Assembly (NCBI RefSeq): GCF_001457595.1
Contig: NZ_LN831039.1
Coordinates: 3,330,001-3,362,000 of the forward strand
Source of the DNA: Mycolicibacterium smegmatis
Lineage (GTDB): Bacteria > Actinomycetota > Actinomycetes > Mycobacteriales > Mycobacteriaceae
Direction: 5' to 3'
Length of the DNA stretch: 32,000 nucleotides
The translations under genes and the position numbers were made by a program. The notes under the pieces were generated by a model. It searched no databases. It was given only the letters and a program-made list of their open reading frames with translations, and was not told where the DNA came from. Positions within the stretch are counted from its first letter, which is position 1, and each line of letters begins with the position of its first letter. This document shows, piece after piece, positions 1 through 11,079 of this stretch.

Positions 1-2
1 AG

Positions 3-380
3 CCGGGGGCGCTCATGCACGGCCCGACGTTCATGGCCAACGCCCTGGCGTGCGCGGTGGGGGTCGCGGCCGTGGAGCTGCTGATCGACAGCGACTGGCC
101 CGCGCGGGTCGCCGCGATCGAGGAGGGATTGCGCAGCGGACTGGAGCCCGCGCGTGCCCTACCCGGCGTCGCCGACGTGCGGGTTCTCGGTGCGATCGGC
201 GTGATCGAGATGCGCGAGCCCGTGGACATGCCGCTGGCCACGACCACGGCGCTCGCGCACGGGGTGTGGCTGCGGCCGTTCGGCAAGCTCATCTACGCCA
301 TGCCGCCGTTCATCTGCACGCCCGAGGAGGTCGCACAGATCACCGCGGGCATGGTCGGCGTCGCGCGTGCATTAACCTGA
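3..380 (+). CDS. bioA: Adenosylmethionine-8-amino-7-oxononanoate aminotransferase, C-terminal part (truncated by window edge)
   Basis: Open from the window edge ([20 protein letters not shown]...[24 protein letters not shown]), typical C-terminus of BioA-type class III aminotransferases; followed by bioF and bioD. Confidence 0.9.
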   Translation, partial: PGALMHGPTFMANALACAVGVAAVELLIDSDWPARVAAIEEGLRSGLEPARALPGVADVRVLGAIGVIEMREPVDMPLATTTALAHGVWLRPFGKLIYAMPPFICTPEEVAQITAGMVGVARALT

Positions 381-390
381 ACGGTGTTCA
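378..390. promoter_or_regulatory. BioQ-type operator upstream of bioF (TGAACGGTGTTCA)
   Basis: Perfect TGAAC-N3-GTTCA palindrome, same architecture as the two boxes between the TetR gene and bioB; overlaps the bioA stop codon. Confidence 0.75.
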
Positions 391-458
391 ATTCGGCGGC
401 TCGTCGCCGGTGTTCAATTCGGCGGCTCGCCGCCGTGTTCAATTGGCGGCTCGCCGCC
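384..458. repeat. Three tandem 26/25/24-bp repeats GTGTTCAATTCGGCGGCTCGCCGCC
   Basis: Units 384-409, 410-434 and 435-458; each has a GTGTTCA half-site and a GGCGGC-TC-GCCGCC inverted repeat (imperfect in unit 1). Confidence 0.9.
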
Positions 459-484
459 GACGACAACACCTCTAGGGAGAGCTC

Positions 485-1633
485 GTGACGCGCGCAGGTC
501 TTTCACCGTTGGCCTGGCTGGCCGACATCGAACAACGTCGCCGCGCCGAGGGCCTGCGCCGTGAACTGCGGGTCCGTCCGCCCGTCGCCGCCGAACTGGA
601 CCTGGCGTCCAACGACTATCTGGGCCTGTCGCAGCACCCCGACGTGCTCGACGGCGGCGTCGAGGCATTGCGCACCTGGGGAGGCGGCGCCGGAGGATCA
701 CGCCTGGTCACAGGGAACACCGAGCTGCACGAGGCGTTCGAGCACCAGCTTGCGTCGTTCCTCGGCGCCGAATCGGCCCTGGTCTTTTCGTCGGGCTACA
801 CCGCCAACCTCGGTGCGCTGGTGGCACTGTCCGGGCCGGGATCGCTGATCGTCTCCGACGCGCTGTCGCACGCGTCCCTCGTCGACGCGTGCCGGCTGTC
901 GCGGGCCCGGGTGGTCGTCTCGCCGCACCGCGACGTCGACGCGGTCGACGCGGCGCTGGCCGCGCGCACCGAGGAGCGCGCCGTCGTCGTGACGGAGTCG
1001 GTGTTCAGCGCCGACGGTGATCTGGCCCCGCTGCGCGACCTGCACGCGGTGTGCCGCCGCCACGGCGCGCTGTTGCTCGTCGACGAGGCACACGGTCTCG
1101 GGGTGCGCGGCACGCGCGGTCAGGGCCTGCTGCACGAGGTCGGCCTGGCGGGTGCACCCGACATCGTGATGACCACGACGCTGTCGAAAGCACTGGGCAG
1201 CCAGGGCGGTGCGGTCCTGGGCCCCGAGGCCGTGCGCGCGCACCTCATCGACACCGCGCGCTCGTTCATCTTCGACACCGGCCTGGCGCCGGCCGCCGTC
1301 GGCGCCGCATCGGCCGCGCTGCGGGTGCTCGACGCCGAACCGCAGCGTGCCCGCGCGGTACTCGACCGCGCGGCCGAACTGGCCACGATCGCAGGCGTCA
1401 CCGAAGCGCCCGTCTCCGCGGTGGTGTCGGTGATCCTCGGCGATCCGGAGATCGCGGTGGGCGCCGCGGCGGCCTGCCTCGACCGCGGTGTGCGCGTGGG
1501 CTGCTTCCGCCCGCCCACGGTTCCCGCGGGCACCTCGCGGCTGCGCCTGGCCGCCAGGGCCTCGTTGACCGACGACGAGATGGCACTGGCCCATCAGGTG
1601 CTGACCGACGTGCTCGCCACCGCGCGGGCATGA
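485..1633 (+). CDS. bioF: 8-amino-7-oxononanoate synthase
   Basis: [19 protein letters not shown]...[15 protein letters not shown]...[15 protein letters not shown]...[13 protein letters not shown]; GTG start; between bioA and bioD. Confidence 0.97.
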   Translation: MTRAGLSPLAWLADIEQRRRAEGLRRELRVRPPVAAELDLASNDYLGLSQHPDVLDGGVEALRTWGGGAGGSRLVTGNTELHEAFEHQLASFLGAESALVFSSGYTANLGALVALSGPGSLIVSDALSHASLVDACRLSRARVVVSPHRDVDAVDAALAARTEERAVVVTESVFSADGDLAPLRDLHAVCRRHGALLLVDEAHGLGVRGTRGQGLLHEVGLAGAPDIVMTTTLSKALGSQGGAVLGPEAVRAHLIDTARSFIFDTGLAPAAVGAASAALRVLDAEPQRARAVLDRAAELATIAGVTEAPVSAVVSVILGDPEIAVGAAAACLDRGVRVGCFRPPTVPAGTSRLRLAARASLTDDEMALAHQVLTDVLATARA

Positions 1634-2307
1634 CCGTCCTCGCGGTCACCGGCACCGACACCGGTGTCGGCAAGACAGTGACGACGGCCGCGCTGGCCTG
1701 CGCAGCGCGGTTGGCCCGCCGCGACGTCGCGGTGTGCAAGCCCGTGCAGACCGGGACCATCGACGGCGACGACGATCTGGGCGAGGTGCGCCGCCTGTCG
1801 GGGGTCACCGCGCTGCACGGCGGCTGGCGTTACCCCGAGCCCCTGGCACCGGTCGCCGCTGCGGGGCGCGCCGGTGCGCCGCTGCCCACCCGCACCGAAC
1901 TCGTCGGCTCCGTGCGCGCGGTCGACGCCGCCGGGCGTCTGACCATCGTCGAAGGCGCGGGCGGTCTGCTGGTCGCCCTCGGCGCCGACGGCGTCACGCT
2001 GCGGGATCTCGCGCACGATCTGGGCGCGCAGGTGCTCATCGTGGTGTCCCCGGGCCTGGGCACCCTCAACCACACCGCATTGACCCTCGAAGCGCTTGCC
2101 GCGCACGGTCTTTCGTGTGCCGGCCTGGTGATCGGAGCGTGGCCCGCCGAACCCGGCGTCGCAGAACTGGACAACCGCACCGCCCTCGAGGCGCTCGCGC
2201 CCGTGCGTGCCGTGCTGCCGGCAGGGGCCGGCGCGGCGAGCCCTGAACGCTTCGAGGCGTTGAGCGCGGCGGCGTTTGACGCAGACTGGATCACGAGCCT
2301 GAGCTGA
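1630..2307 (+). CDS. bioD: Dethiobiotin synthetase
   Basis: [23 protein letters not shown]-loop, [15 protein letters not shown]; ATG at 1630 overlaps the bioF stop (ATGA), so the track start at 1051 is too far upstream. Confidence 0.96.
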   Translation: MTVLAVTGTDTGVGKTVTTAALACAARLARRDVAVCKPVQTGTIDGDDDLGEVRRLSGVTALHGGWRYPEPLAPVAAAGRAGAPLPTRTELVGSVRAVDAAGRLTIVEGAGGLLVALGADGVTLRDLAHDLGAQVLIVVSPGLGTLNHTALTLEALAAHGLSCAGLVIGAWPAEPGVAELDNRTALEALAPVRAVLPAGAGAASPERFEALSAAAFDADWITSLS

Positions 2308-2331
2308 GGCGTCTGCGGGAGGAGCAAGCGC

Positions 2332-2841
2332 ATGGTGCACTCCGTCGAACTCGTCTTCGACGCCGAGACAGAGGCGACCGTGCGGGCCATCTGGGATGAA
2401 CTGCGCGACGCCGGGATACCCAGCCAGGCCCCCGCGAGCAGGCCGCACGCGACCCTGACCGTCGCCCAGCACATCGACGCCGAGGTCGAACAGATCCTGC
2501 GGCCCGTTGCCGCGCGCCTGCCGCTGCCGTGCCGGTTGGGGGCCACACTCATCTTCGGCCGCTCGGCCGGGGTCCTGGCGCGCCTGCTGCTGCCCTCACC
2601 GGACCTGCTCGACGTGCAGGCCCGGGTGCACCGGGCGTGTGTGCCGTTGATGACGCCTGCGCCCATGCCGCACTCCGAGCCCGGCCAGTGGACCCCGCAC
2701 GTCACCCTGGCGCGCCGCGTCGCCCCGACGCGGCTGGCGACCGCACTGCGGATCGCCGGGCGACCGGCCGAGATCGCCGGCACCGTGATCGGTCTGCGGC
2801 ACTGGAACGGCGACAAGCGCACAGAGCACCCGATCGGGTGA
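2332..2841 (+). CDS. 2H phosphoesterase / 2'-5' RNA ligase family protein
   Basis: Two H-x-T/S motifs (PHATLTVAQ and PHVTLARR), about 169 aa. Confidence 0.75.
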   Translation: MVHSVELVFDAETEATVRAIWDELRDAGIPSQAPASRPHATLTVAQHIDAEVEQILRPVAARLPLPCRLGATLIFGRSAGVLARLLLPSPDLLDVQARVHRACVPLMTPAPMPHSEPGQWTPHVTLARRVAPTRLATALRIAGRPAEIAGTVIGLRHWNGDKRTEHPIG

Positions 2842-2853
2842 CATGCTGGGGGC

Positions 2854-3615
2854 GTGAACCGGCTCGCGATCATCGACGCCGAGTCCCGGCGGTTCGCCGA
2901 GGTGCTGGCCCACACGCCGCCCGACGCACGCTGCCCGACCTGCCCGGACTGGACGGCCGCGGATCTGCTGTGGCATCTGACCGAGGTGCACCTGTTCTGG
3001 GCCGCGGTGCTGTTCCGCAACGTGACAGCAGAGGACGGGGTCGCCGCGGTCGAGCAATCGAAACCGTCGCGGCCCGACTCCGTGGCGGACCTGTTGGCGC
3101 TGCGTGAGGGCGCGACGTCCGTGCTGCTGGCGGAACTGAGCAGGCTGGACGACGCCGAACCGCGGTGGTCGTGGTTCCCATCGGATCAGACGGTCGGCTT
3201 CACGCGGCGGATGCAGACCTACGAGGCGTTGATGCACCGCGTGGACGCCGAACTGGCCGCGGGCCTGCCGATCGGCGCCATTGCCGCCGACGTCGCGGCA
3301 GGTGCGGTCGACCACGCGGTGGACGTCATGTGGGCCTGGCAGCCGGAGGGTTCGCACTTCGAGGGGGCCGCGGTGGTCGAGTTCGTCGCGACCGACACCG
3401 CGCAGCGCTGGCAGGTCGATGTCGGTGCGGCCGGTGACTGGCCGAGCGCGGTTCGCAGCCCGGACACGCAGGTGGTGATTGCCTCGGCGACGGTGCGCGG
3501 CACGGCAGCCGATCTCGCACTGTGGGCGTGGAATCGCGGCGGTTCGGTGGATACCTCCGGTGAGCCCGCGTCGCTTCAAGCGCTGGATGCCGTGGTCGCC
3601 CGCGGTATGCCGTGA
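2854..3615 (+). CDS. Maleylpyruvate isomerase family mycothiol-dependent enzyme (DinB-like fold)
   Basis: CPTCPDWTAADLLWHLTEVHLFWAAVL N-terminal signature and AGAVDHAVDVMWAW. Confidence 0.75.
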   Translation: MNRLAIIDAESRRFAEVLAHTPPDARCPTCPDWTAADLLWHLTEVHLFWAAVLFRNVTAEDGVAAVEQSKPSRPDSVADLLALREGATSVLLAELSRLDDAEPRWSWFPSDQTVGFTRRMQTYEALMHRVDAELAAGLPIGAIAADVAAGAVDHAVDVMWAWQPEGSHFEGAAVVEFVATDTAQRWQVDVGAAGDWPSAVRSPDTQVVIASATVRGTAADLALWAWNRGGSVDTSGEPASLQALDAVVARGMP

Positions 3616-4233
3616 CTACTCGAAAGAGCGCTCCGCAGAAGAAAATCCGGTGAATTCACTGCCGCCGCCGTGGGCGGCCAGCCCGTCGACGAGCAACTGC
3701 AGGCCGAAGCGGAACTGGCGGGTGCCGTCGCGGGTGAGCATCGACTGATCGTCACCCAGCGCGCCGACGGCGTCCCACTGCAGCCGGGACTGCTCGTCGA
3801 CGGTGAATCCCAGCACGTAATAGATCACGGTGCGGGCGGCCGCATCGACGTCGGCGTCGCCCACCCCGGCGGCGCGGGCCGCGCGACCCAGCTGCTCCAC
3901 GATCTCGGTGATCACCACCGACTGCCCGGACGCGAAGCTCGCCGACACGAGTTCGGCGCCGTCGGTGTGCGACAACAACGCGTCGCGCAACGCGCGGCAG
4001 GACTCGTGGATCTGTTCGCGCCACGCGAGGTCCGCGGTGTCGGTGCGCGCGGTGCGCAGAATGTGGTCGGCCACTGCCCCCAACAGTTCCTGTTTGTTGG
4101 CGAAATGCCAGTACAGGGCGCCCGGCGTGACGTCGAGCTCGCGCGCCAGGCGCCGCATCGTCAGGTCGGCGATGCCGTGGTCGTCGAGGATCTTCGTCGC
4201 CGCAGCCACCACGTCGGGTTTGTGGAGTTGCAC
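3616..4233 (-). CDS. bioQ: TetR-family regulator, BioQ-type biotin repressor
   Basis: MQLHKPDVVAAATKILDDHGIADLTMRRLARELDVTPGALYWHFANKQELL HTH, TetR C-terminal domain, divergent from bioB with palindromic operators in between; GTG start. Confidence 0.85.
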   Translation of the reverse strand: MQLHKPDVVAAATKILDDHGIADLTMRRLARELDVTPGALYWHFANKQELLGAVADHILRTARTDTADLAWREQIHESCRALRDALLSHTDGAELVSASFASGQSVVITEIVEQLGRAARAAGVGDADVDAAARTVIYYVLGFTVDEQSRLQWDAVGALGDDQSMLTRDGTRQFRFGLQLLVDGLAAHGGGSEFTGFSSAERSFE

Positions 4234-4248
4234 ACGCTTATCTTAACC

Positions 4249-4261
4249 TGAACACCGTTCA
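4249..4261. promoter_or_regulatory. BioQ-type operator box A (TGAACACCGTTCA)
   Basis: TGAAC-N3-GTTCA palindrome between divergent bioQ and bioB. Confidence 0.85.
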
Positions 4262-4268
4262 AGTAACC

Positions 4269-5360
<1,092 letters not shown>

Positions 5361-5366
5361 AACGGG

Positions 5367-5609
5367 GTGGTGATGATCGAGGAAACCCCGGCGCTTCCCG
5401 CGCCCGTCGGTGCCGGCGTCTACAACGTCTACACCGGCGGTCCGGCGGACAGCGCGCTGCCCACGGCCGCGCAACTGGGACTGGAGCCCCCACGGTTCTG
5501 CGCCGAGTGCGGCCGCCGGATGATCGTGCAGGTGCGCCCGGACGGCTGGTGGGCCCAGTGCTCGCGGCACGGGCACGTCGACTCCACCGACCTCGACCCC
5601 CGGCGATGA
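5367..5609 (+). CDS. bsaP: Biotin synthase auxiliary protein (Rv1590-like small protein)
   Basis: 80-aa ORF directly after bio[27 protein letters not shown] with CxxC and a further Cys; same position as mycobacterial bsaP. GTG 5367, GTG 5370 or ATG 5373 could be the start. Confidence 0.85.
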   Translation: MVMIEETPALPAPVGAGVYNVYTGGPADSALPTAAQLGLEPPRFCAECGRRMIVQVRPDGWWAQCSRHGHVDSTDLDPRR

Positions 5610-6301
5610 GCAAAGACCTCCACATGAGCGTCTCCGACGCGCCGGCCCCGACGGCGCCGAGCAGGCCCGCGGGCGGACCCCGCATCTCCCGGTCGCGCGC
5701 CGCGGTCATCGTGGTGGCGGCACTCGCCGGCGCAGGCGCGCTGCTCGGTGTGGTGTGGTCGGTCCTGGCGCCCCCGATCCACGGCGTGATCGCACTGACC
5801 CGCAGCGGCGACCGGGCGCGGGCATACCTCGGTGCCGAGTCCGACCATTTCTTCACCGCGGCGTTCATGTTCACTGGCCTGCTGGTGGTGCTCGCCGCGG
5901 TCGCCGCGGTGGCGCTGTGGCAGTGGCGCGCGCACCGCGGGCCGGTTCTGGTGACGGCCCTGGTGGCCGGGTGCGCCGCGGCGGCCGGCACCGCGGCCGG
6001 CATCGGGGCCCTGCTGGTGCACGGCCGTTACGGGTCGATCGACGTGGCGAGCGCGCCCGTCACCCCGGAGAACCGCGTGTTCTACGTCGTCGAGGCGCCG
6101 CCGGTGTTCTTCGGGCACACGCCGCTGCAGATCGCGACGACCATCCTGTTCCCGGCCGCGGTCGCGGCGCTGGTGTACGCGCTGATCGCGGTGTCGACGT
6201 CGCGCGACGACCTGGGCGCCTGGCCGCCGGTCGAAACACCGGTCTATCCGCCCGTGAATCCGCACCTGCCGCCCATGGTCACCCCACCGCCGCAGGCCTG
6301 A
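5606..6301 (+). CDS. DUF2567-type membrane protein (Rv1591-like)
   Basis: [57 protein letters not shown]...; about four TM segments; ATGA overlap with bsaP stop; the track start at 5507 is too early. Confidence 0.75.
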   Translation: MSKDLHMSVSDAPAPTAPSRPAGGPRISRSRAAVIVVAALAGAGALLGVVWSVLAPPIHGVIALTRSGDRARAYLGAESDHFFTAAFMFTGLLVVLAAVAAVALWQWRAHRGPVLVTALVAGCAAAAGTAAGIGALLVHGRYGSIDVASAPVTPENRVFYVVEAPPVFFGHTPLQIATTILFPAAVAALVYALIAVSTSRDDLGAWPPVETPVYPPVNPHLPPMVTPPPQA

Positions 6302-6330
6302 CGCTGCAGCGCCGGAAACTGAGAGGGGGC

Positions 6331-7662
6331 TCAGAGGGGGCTGCGCCGCAGCGCGCGTCCGGTGACCACCTTGGCCGCGATACCGGCCAACCGGGCCATC
6401 CCGACGTAGGTGACCGGGTTGAGCAGCGTCGGCCACTTCGACCGCACCAGGTTGGCGGTCAGCGGACGCGCGGCGAAACGGTCGGTCAGCCACCGCAGCG
6501 CCATGGGGGCCGACATGGGGTGCAGCAGCAGATGCTCGCTGAACAGGTCGCGGTGATAGGTCACCGAGGCGCCGCCGGTCAGGTACTTCTCGGCCAGCTC
6601 GTCGATCGAGGAGACCGAGATCAGCTCGTCGTGCACGGCTTGGATCAGCAGCACGGGTGGATTCGGTGTCGCCACACCGAGTTTGATGTCGTCGAAGACC
6701 TCGGTGACCTCGGGGCTGTCGAGGATCTGTTCGAGCGGCAGGTCGACCAGGTCGTCCATGTCCTTGCGCGCCAGCCGCAGCACGGCCTCGATGGTGCTCA
6801 TCTTGTGCAGGCGCTGCAGCAGCTTGCGGCCCTCGGTGGTCGCGTGCTCGGCGATGACCCGATTGAGGCCCGGGTAGATGTCGGCGAGGGCGGCGACGAC
6901 GAGTGCGGGCAGTCCCGAGAACACCGTGCCGTTGAGCCGCCGGAACGTGTGGCCCAGATCGCCGACCGGCGAACCGAGTACGGCGCCGACGATGTTGAGC
7001 TCGGGGGCGTAGGAGCCGCTCATCTCCGCGGCCCAGCCACTTGCCAGACCGCCGCCCGAGTAGCCCCACAGGCCGATGGGCGACGCGTCGGTCAGGGGCA
7101 GGCGCTCGGAGTTCAGCGCGGCACGAAGCCCGTCGAGCACGTGGTACCCGGGTTCGTACGGCGCGCCCCACATGCCGTCGAGGCCTTCGTGGTCGGGCAC
7201 CGAGACGGCCCAGCCCTCGGCCAGCGCCGCGGTGATCAGCAGGAGCTCGAACTGGGCGAGGCCACCGGTGACCTTGGCGTGACGGCGCAGCGCGTACGAC
7301 GGGAAGCACGTGGCCGAGATCGCGTCGATCGCGCACTGGTAGGACACGATCGGGCAGCCCGCGCGCGCGTCGGGCGGCATGATCACCGTGGTGACCGCGG
7401 CCTCGGGAGCGCCGTTGCGATCGGTGGTGCGGTACAGCAGCTGGGTGGCGTGCAGGGCCTGGGGGACCAGCCCGAGGAACGCGAGTTCGACGTCGCGGCT
7501 GCGCAGCACCGTTCCGGGTTCGGCGTGGTGGTAGCCGGCCGGCGGCAGATAGAACGGATCTTCACCGGGGAGCCCCGGCCGCGCGTCGCGGTCGAGTTCC
7601 TCGTGCGGTGCGCGCCCGATCCATTCGGCATCGGCGGCTTTCGCGGCGCTGGACAAGTCCAT
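6331..7662 (-). CDS. LIP-family secretory-type lipase / alpha-beta hydrolase (Rv1592c-like)
   Basis: Nucleophile elbow [37 protein letters not shown]; operonic position next to the nrtR-like gene. Confidence 0.82.
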   Translation of the reverse strand: MDLSSAAKAADAEWIGRAPHEELDRDARPGLPGEDPFYLPPAGYHHAEPGTVLRSRDVELAFLGLVPQALHATQLLYRTTDRNGAPEAAVTTVIMPPDARAGCPIVSYQCAIDAISATCFPSYALRRHAKVTGGLAQFELLLITAALAEGWAVSVPDHEGLDGMWGAPYEPGYHVLDGLRAALNSERLPLTDASPIGLWGYSGGGLASGWAAEMSGSYAPELNIVGAVLGSPVGDLGHTFRRLNGTVFSGLPALVVAALADIYPGLNRVIAEHATTEGRKLLQRLHKMSTIEAVLRLARKDMDDLVDLPLEQILDSPEVTEVFDDIKLGVATPNPPVLLIQAVHDELISVSSIDELAEKYLTGGASVTYHRDLFSEHLLLHPMSAPMALRWLTDRFAARPLTANLVRSKWPTLLNPVTYVGMARLAGIAAKVVTGRALRRSPL

Positions 7663-7704
7663 CCGGGCATTCTTGCTTAAGAAAGGTCTAAGAGTCCAGC
7701 CGAC

Positions 7705-8397
7705 TCACCCGGGCGGTCGCAACGCAGCGAACTCGTCGGTGACGCGATAACGCGACTCGGTGAACCGGAACAGGGCGGCCGGACGCCCGCCGCTGCGGCC
7801 CGACCGCGCGGTGGTCCCGGTGCGGGTGATCACCTTGCGGCGTTCGAGAACCCGCTGCAGGTTGGTGGCGTCCACCTGGTAGTCCAACGCGGCGCTGTAG
7901 ACATCGCGCAGCGACGAGATGGCGAATTCTTTTGGCGCCAGGGCAAATCCGATATTCGTATAGGAAAGCTTGGCGACCAGCCGGGTGCGGGCGTGTTCGA
8001 CCATGGGCGCGTGGTCGAACGCCATCGGGGGCAGTTCGTGCACCGGATGCCAGCGCGTGTCGTCGGGCAGCGCCGGAGTGGCGGGGGAGGGCACGAGGCC
8101 GAGGAACGTCGAGGCGATGGTGCGTTCACCGGGCACGCGCTTCGGATCGGAGAACACCGCGAGTTGCTCCAGGTGGGCGAGCTCGCGAAGGTCCACCTTC
8201 TCGGCGAGCTGACGCCGCACCGACGTGGTCAGGTCCTCGTCGTCGCGCAGGCGTCCGCCGGGGAGCGACCACTTGTCGCGCTCGGGTTCCAGTGCGCGTT
8301 GCCACAGCAGCACGTTGAGAGACGGTTGACGCGTGTCGAGGTCGCGAACCTGGAACACGACGGCGAGCACTTCGTGGGCGGTGCTACGATTGGGCAT
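7705..8397 (-). CDS. nrtR: Nudix-domain transcriptional regulator, NrtR-like
   Basis: N-terminal Nudix-like domain ([26 protein letters not shown]) plus C-terminal wHTH ([24 protein letters not shown]); divergent from nadA. Start assigned at ATG 8397 ([17 protein letters not shown]), not track 8457. Confidence 0.85.
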   Translation of the reverse strand: MPNRSTAHEVLAVVFQVRDLDTRQPSLNVLLWQRALEPERDKWSLPGGRLRDDEDLTTSVRRQLAEKVDLRELAHLEQLAVFSDPKRVPGERTIASTFLGLVPSPATPALPDDTRWHPVHELPPMAFDHAPMVEHARTRLVAKLSYTNIGFALAPKEFAISSLRDVYSAALDYQVDATNLQRVLERRKVITRTGTTARSGRSGGRPAALFRFTESRYRVTDEFAALRPPG

Positions 8398-8420
8398 GTT
8401 TTCGATTATAAGTCGAAAAC
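8398..8420. promoter_or_regulatory. Palindromic operator GTTTTCGA-N7-TCGAAAAC with embedded minus-strand TATAAT
   Basis: Perfect 8-bp arms 8398-8405 and 8413-8420; spacer ttataag; TATAAT on the minus strand at 8410-8405. Confidence 0.82.
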
Positions 8421-8443
8421 CTGAACTCGATGAGGAGGCCACC

Positions 8444-9487
8444 GTGACCGTGCTCAACGGAACGCCCGCAGGGGCCCTCGCGGACCGGATTGTGGACGGC
8501 CCCGGCGGCTATTCGGGCATCGACGGCGACGAGCAGTGGGCCGCGGAAGTGCGCCGGCTCGTCGAGCTGCGCGGCGCGACGCTGCTGGCGCACAACTACC
8601 AGTTGCCTGCCATCCAGGACGTCGCCGATCACGTCGGGGACTCCCTCGCGCTGTCCCGCATCGCGGCCGAGGCGCCCGAGGACACCATCGTGTTCTGCGG
8701 CGTGCACTTCATGGCCGAGACCGCCAAGATCCTCAGCCCCGACAAGACGGTGCTGATCCCGGATCAGCGGGCCGGGTGCTCGCTGGCCGATTCGATCACC
8801 GCCGAGGAACTCCAGGCGTGGAAGGACGACCATCCAGGGGCGGTCGTCGTGTCCTACGTCAACACCACCGCCGCGGTGAAAGCCCTGACCGACATCTGCT
8901 GCACGTCGTCCAACGCCGTCGAGGTCGTGGCGTCCATCCCCGAGGACCGCGAGGTGCTGTTCTGCCCCGACCAGTTCCTCGGCGCCCACGTCCGGCGCGT
9001 CACGGGCCGCAAGAACATGCACGTGTGGGCCGGTGAGTGCCACGTCCACGCCGGCATCAACGGCGACGAACTCGCGGCCCAGGCCCGTTCGCACCCCGAT
9101 GCCGAGCTGTTCGTGCACCCCGAGTGCGGCTGCGCCACGTCGGCGCTGTACCTCGCAGGCGAGGGCGCGGTCCCCGAAGACCGCGTCAAGATCCTGTCGA
9201 CCGGTGGCATGCTCGACGCCGCGCGCGAGACCTCCGCACGCCAGGTCCTGGTCGCCACCGAGATCGGCATGCTGCACCAGTTGCGCAGGGCCGCACCGGA
9301 AGTCGACTTCCTCGCGGTCAACGACCGGGCCTCGTGCACGTACATGAAGATGATCACCCCGGCCGCGTTGCTGCGGTGCCTCGTCGAGGGCGCCGACGAG
9401 GTGCACGTGGACCCGGAGACCGCACGCCTCGGCCGTGCCAGCGTGCAGCGCATGATCGAGATCGGGCAGCCCGGCGGCGGCGAATGA
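8444..9487 (+). CDS. nadA: Quinolinate synthase A
   Basis: [44 protein letters not shown]; GTG start with GAGGAGG at about 8432-8438. Confidence 0.96.
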   Translation: MTVLNGTPAGALADRIVDGPGGYSGIDGDEQWAAEVRRLVELRGATLLAHNYQLPAIQDVADHVGDSLALSRIAAEAPEDTIVFCGVHFMAETAKILSPDKTVLIPDQRAGCSLADSITAEELQAWKDDHPGAVVVSYVNTTAAVKALTDICCTSSNAVEVVASIPEDREVLFCPDQFLGAHVRRVTGRKNMHVWAGECHVHAGINGDELAAQARSHPDAELFVHPECGCATSALYLAGEGAVPEDRVKILSTGGMLDAARETSARQVLVATEIGMLHQLRRAAPEVDFLAVNDRASCTYMKMITPAALLRCLVEGADEVHVDPETARLGRASVQRMIEIGQPGGGE

Positions 9488-11079
9488 CCGGCGCGGGCAC
9501 GTTCGCCTGCGGCACCTCGGCGTACTGGCAGCAACGAACCGACGTCGTCGTGATCGGCACCGGCGTCGCCGGCCTGGTCGCGGCGCTGGCCGCGCATCGC
9601 GCCGGCCGGCGGGTCACGGTGCTCAGCAAGGTGAGCGAGACCGCGACGTTCTACGCCCAGGGCGGCATCGCCGTCGTCCTGCCGGCCGGTGTCGGCTCGG
9701 CTGACGACACCATCGAGGCTCATGTCGCCGACACGCTCGCCGCAGGCGGCGGGCTGTGCGACGCCGAGGCCGTGCGCTCGATCGTCGCCGACGGCGCCAA
9801 GGCGATCACCGACCTGGTGGCCGACGGCGCCCTGTTCGACGAATCCGCGCCCGGGCGCTGGGCGCTCACCCGCGAGGGCGGGCACACCCGGCGCCGGATC
9901 ATCCACGCGGGCGGCGACGCCACCGGCGCCGAGGTGCAGCGCACGCTGAACCACGCGGCCGCACACCTCGACATCCGCCACAACCACGTGGCGCTGCGAA
10001 TCCTGCAGGACGAGGCCGGCGTCACCGGTGTGCTGGTCCACAACGACGACGGTCCCGGCATCCTGCACGCCCCGTCGGTGGTCCTGGCTACCGGCGGACT
10101 CGGCCACCTCTATGCCGCCACCACCAACCCGGTCGGGTCGACCGGTGACGGCATCGCGCTGGCGCTGTGGGCCGGTGTCGCGGTCAGCGACATCGAGTTC
10201 GTGCAGTTCCACCCGACCATGCTGTTCGGCGCCGCGGCGGGCGGGCGCCGCCCGCTGATCACCGAGGCGCTGCGCGGTGAAGGTGCGGTTCTGATCGACG
10301 CACAGGGACACCCGGTCACCGCGGGCGTGCACCCGATGGGGGACCTGGCGCCGCGCGACGTGGTCGCCGCGGCGATCAACGCGCGCCTGGCCGCCACCGG
10401 GGACCCATGCGTCTACCTCGACGCGCGCGGCGTCGCCGGCGTCGCGGACCGGTTCCCGACCGTCACGGCGGCCTGCCTCGCGGCAGGTATCGACCCGGCG
10501 CGTGAGCCCATCCCGGTGGTTCCCGGCGCGCACTACAGCTGCGGCGGTGTGGTCACCGATGTGTACGGGCGTACCGCTCTGCCGGGACTGTTCGCCGCGG
10601 GCGAGGTCGCGCGCACCGGGATGCACGGCGCGAACCGGTTGGCCTCCAACAGCCTGCTCGAAGGCCTGGTGGTCGGTTCGCGGGCCGGGCGCGCCGCGGC
10701 CGCCCACGCCGAACAAGCCGGGTCCGTGCGCGCGGTGGTCCCGCAGCAGGTCCGGCGCGACGCCGTGGACCGCCAGGTGCTGCAGGCCGCGATGTCCACC
10801 CACGCGTCGGTGGTACGTGACGCGCAGGGTCTGCACCGGCTCGCCGAGACGCTGGACGCCGCGCGTGCCGTGGTGCCCAGCGACCGCGCGTCCTTCGAGG
10901 ACGCCGCGCTGACCTCGGTGGCCCGCGCCGTGGTCAGGGCGGCCACGGCCCGTACCGAGAGCCGCGGCTCCCACCATCGCGGCGACTTCCCGGACACCGA
11001 CCCCACACAGGAGGTCTCGATGACAGTCCGTATCCACGACGGCGACGTCGCCGTCGACATCCCGACGGCGGTGTGCTGA
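9484..11079 (+). CDS. nadB: L-aspartate oxidase
   Basis: [30 protein letters not shown] site, [20 protein letters not shown]; ATGA overlap with nadA. Confidence 0.96.
   Translation: MTGAGTFACGTSAYWQQRTDVVVIGTGVAGLVAALAAHRAGRRVTVLSKVSETATFYAQGGIAVVLPAGVGSADDTIEAHVADTLAAGGGLCDAEAVRSIVADGAKAITDLVADGALFDESAPGRWALTREGGHTRRRIIHAGGDATGAEVQRTLNHAAAHLDIRHNHVALRILQDEAGVTGVLVHNDDGPGILHAPSVVLATGGLGHLYAATTNPVGSTGDGIALALWAGVAVSDIEFVQFHPTMLFGAAAGGRRPLITEALRGEGAVLIDAQGHPVTAGVHPMGDLAPRDVVAAAINARLAATGDPCVYLDARGVAGVADRFPTVTAACLAAGIDPAREPIPVVPGAHYSCGGVVTDVYGRTALPGLFAAGEVARTGMHGANRLASNSLLEGLVVGSRAGRAAAAHAEQAGSVRAVVPQQVRRDAVDRQVLQAAMSTHASVVRDAQGLHRLAETLDAARAVVPSDRASFEDAALTSVARAVVRAATARTESRGSHHRGDFPDTDPTQEVSMTVRIHDGDVAVDIPTAVC

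Noticed and set aside
5755-7680. 641-aa plus-strand ORF covering the DUF2567 gene and lipase region
   Set aside because: Overlaps two supported genes in other frames; Arg/Gly/His-rich translation typical of GC-rich out-of-frame reading.
8854-11037. 727-aa antisense ORF opposite nadA/nadB
   Set aside because: Mirror of high-GC codon structure of confirmed nadA and nadB; composition low-complexity R/G/H/V, no domain signature.
11009-11079. Possible separate 19-aa gene [19 protein letters not shown] preceded by AGGAGG within the nadB end
   Set aside because: It is in frame with nadB; more likely the normal NadB C-terminus plus the Shine-Dalgarno-like sequence by chance.
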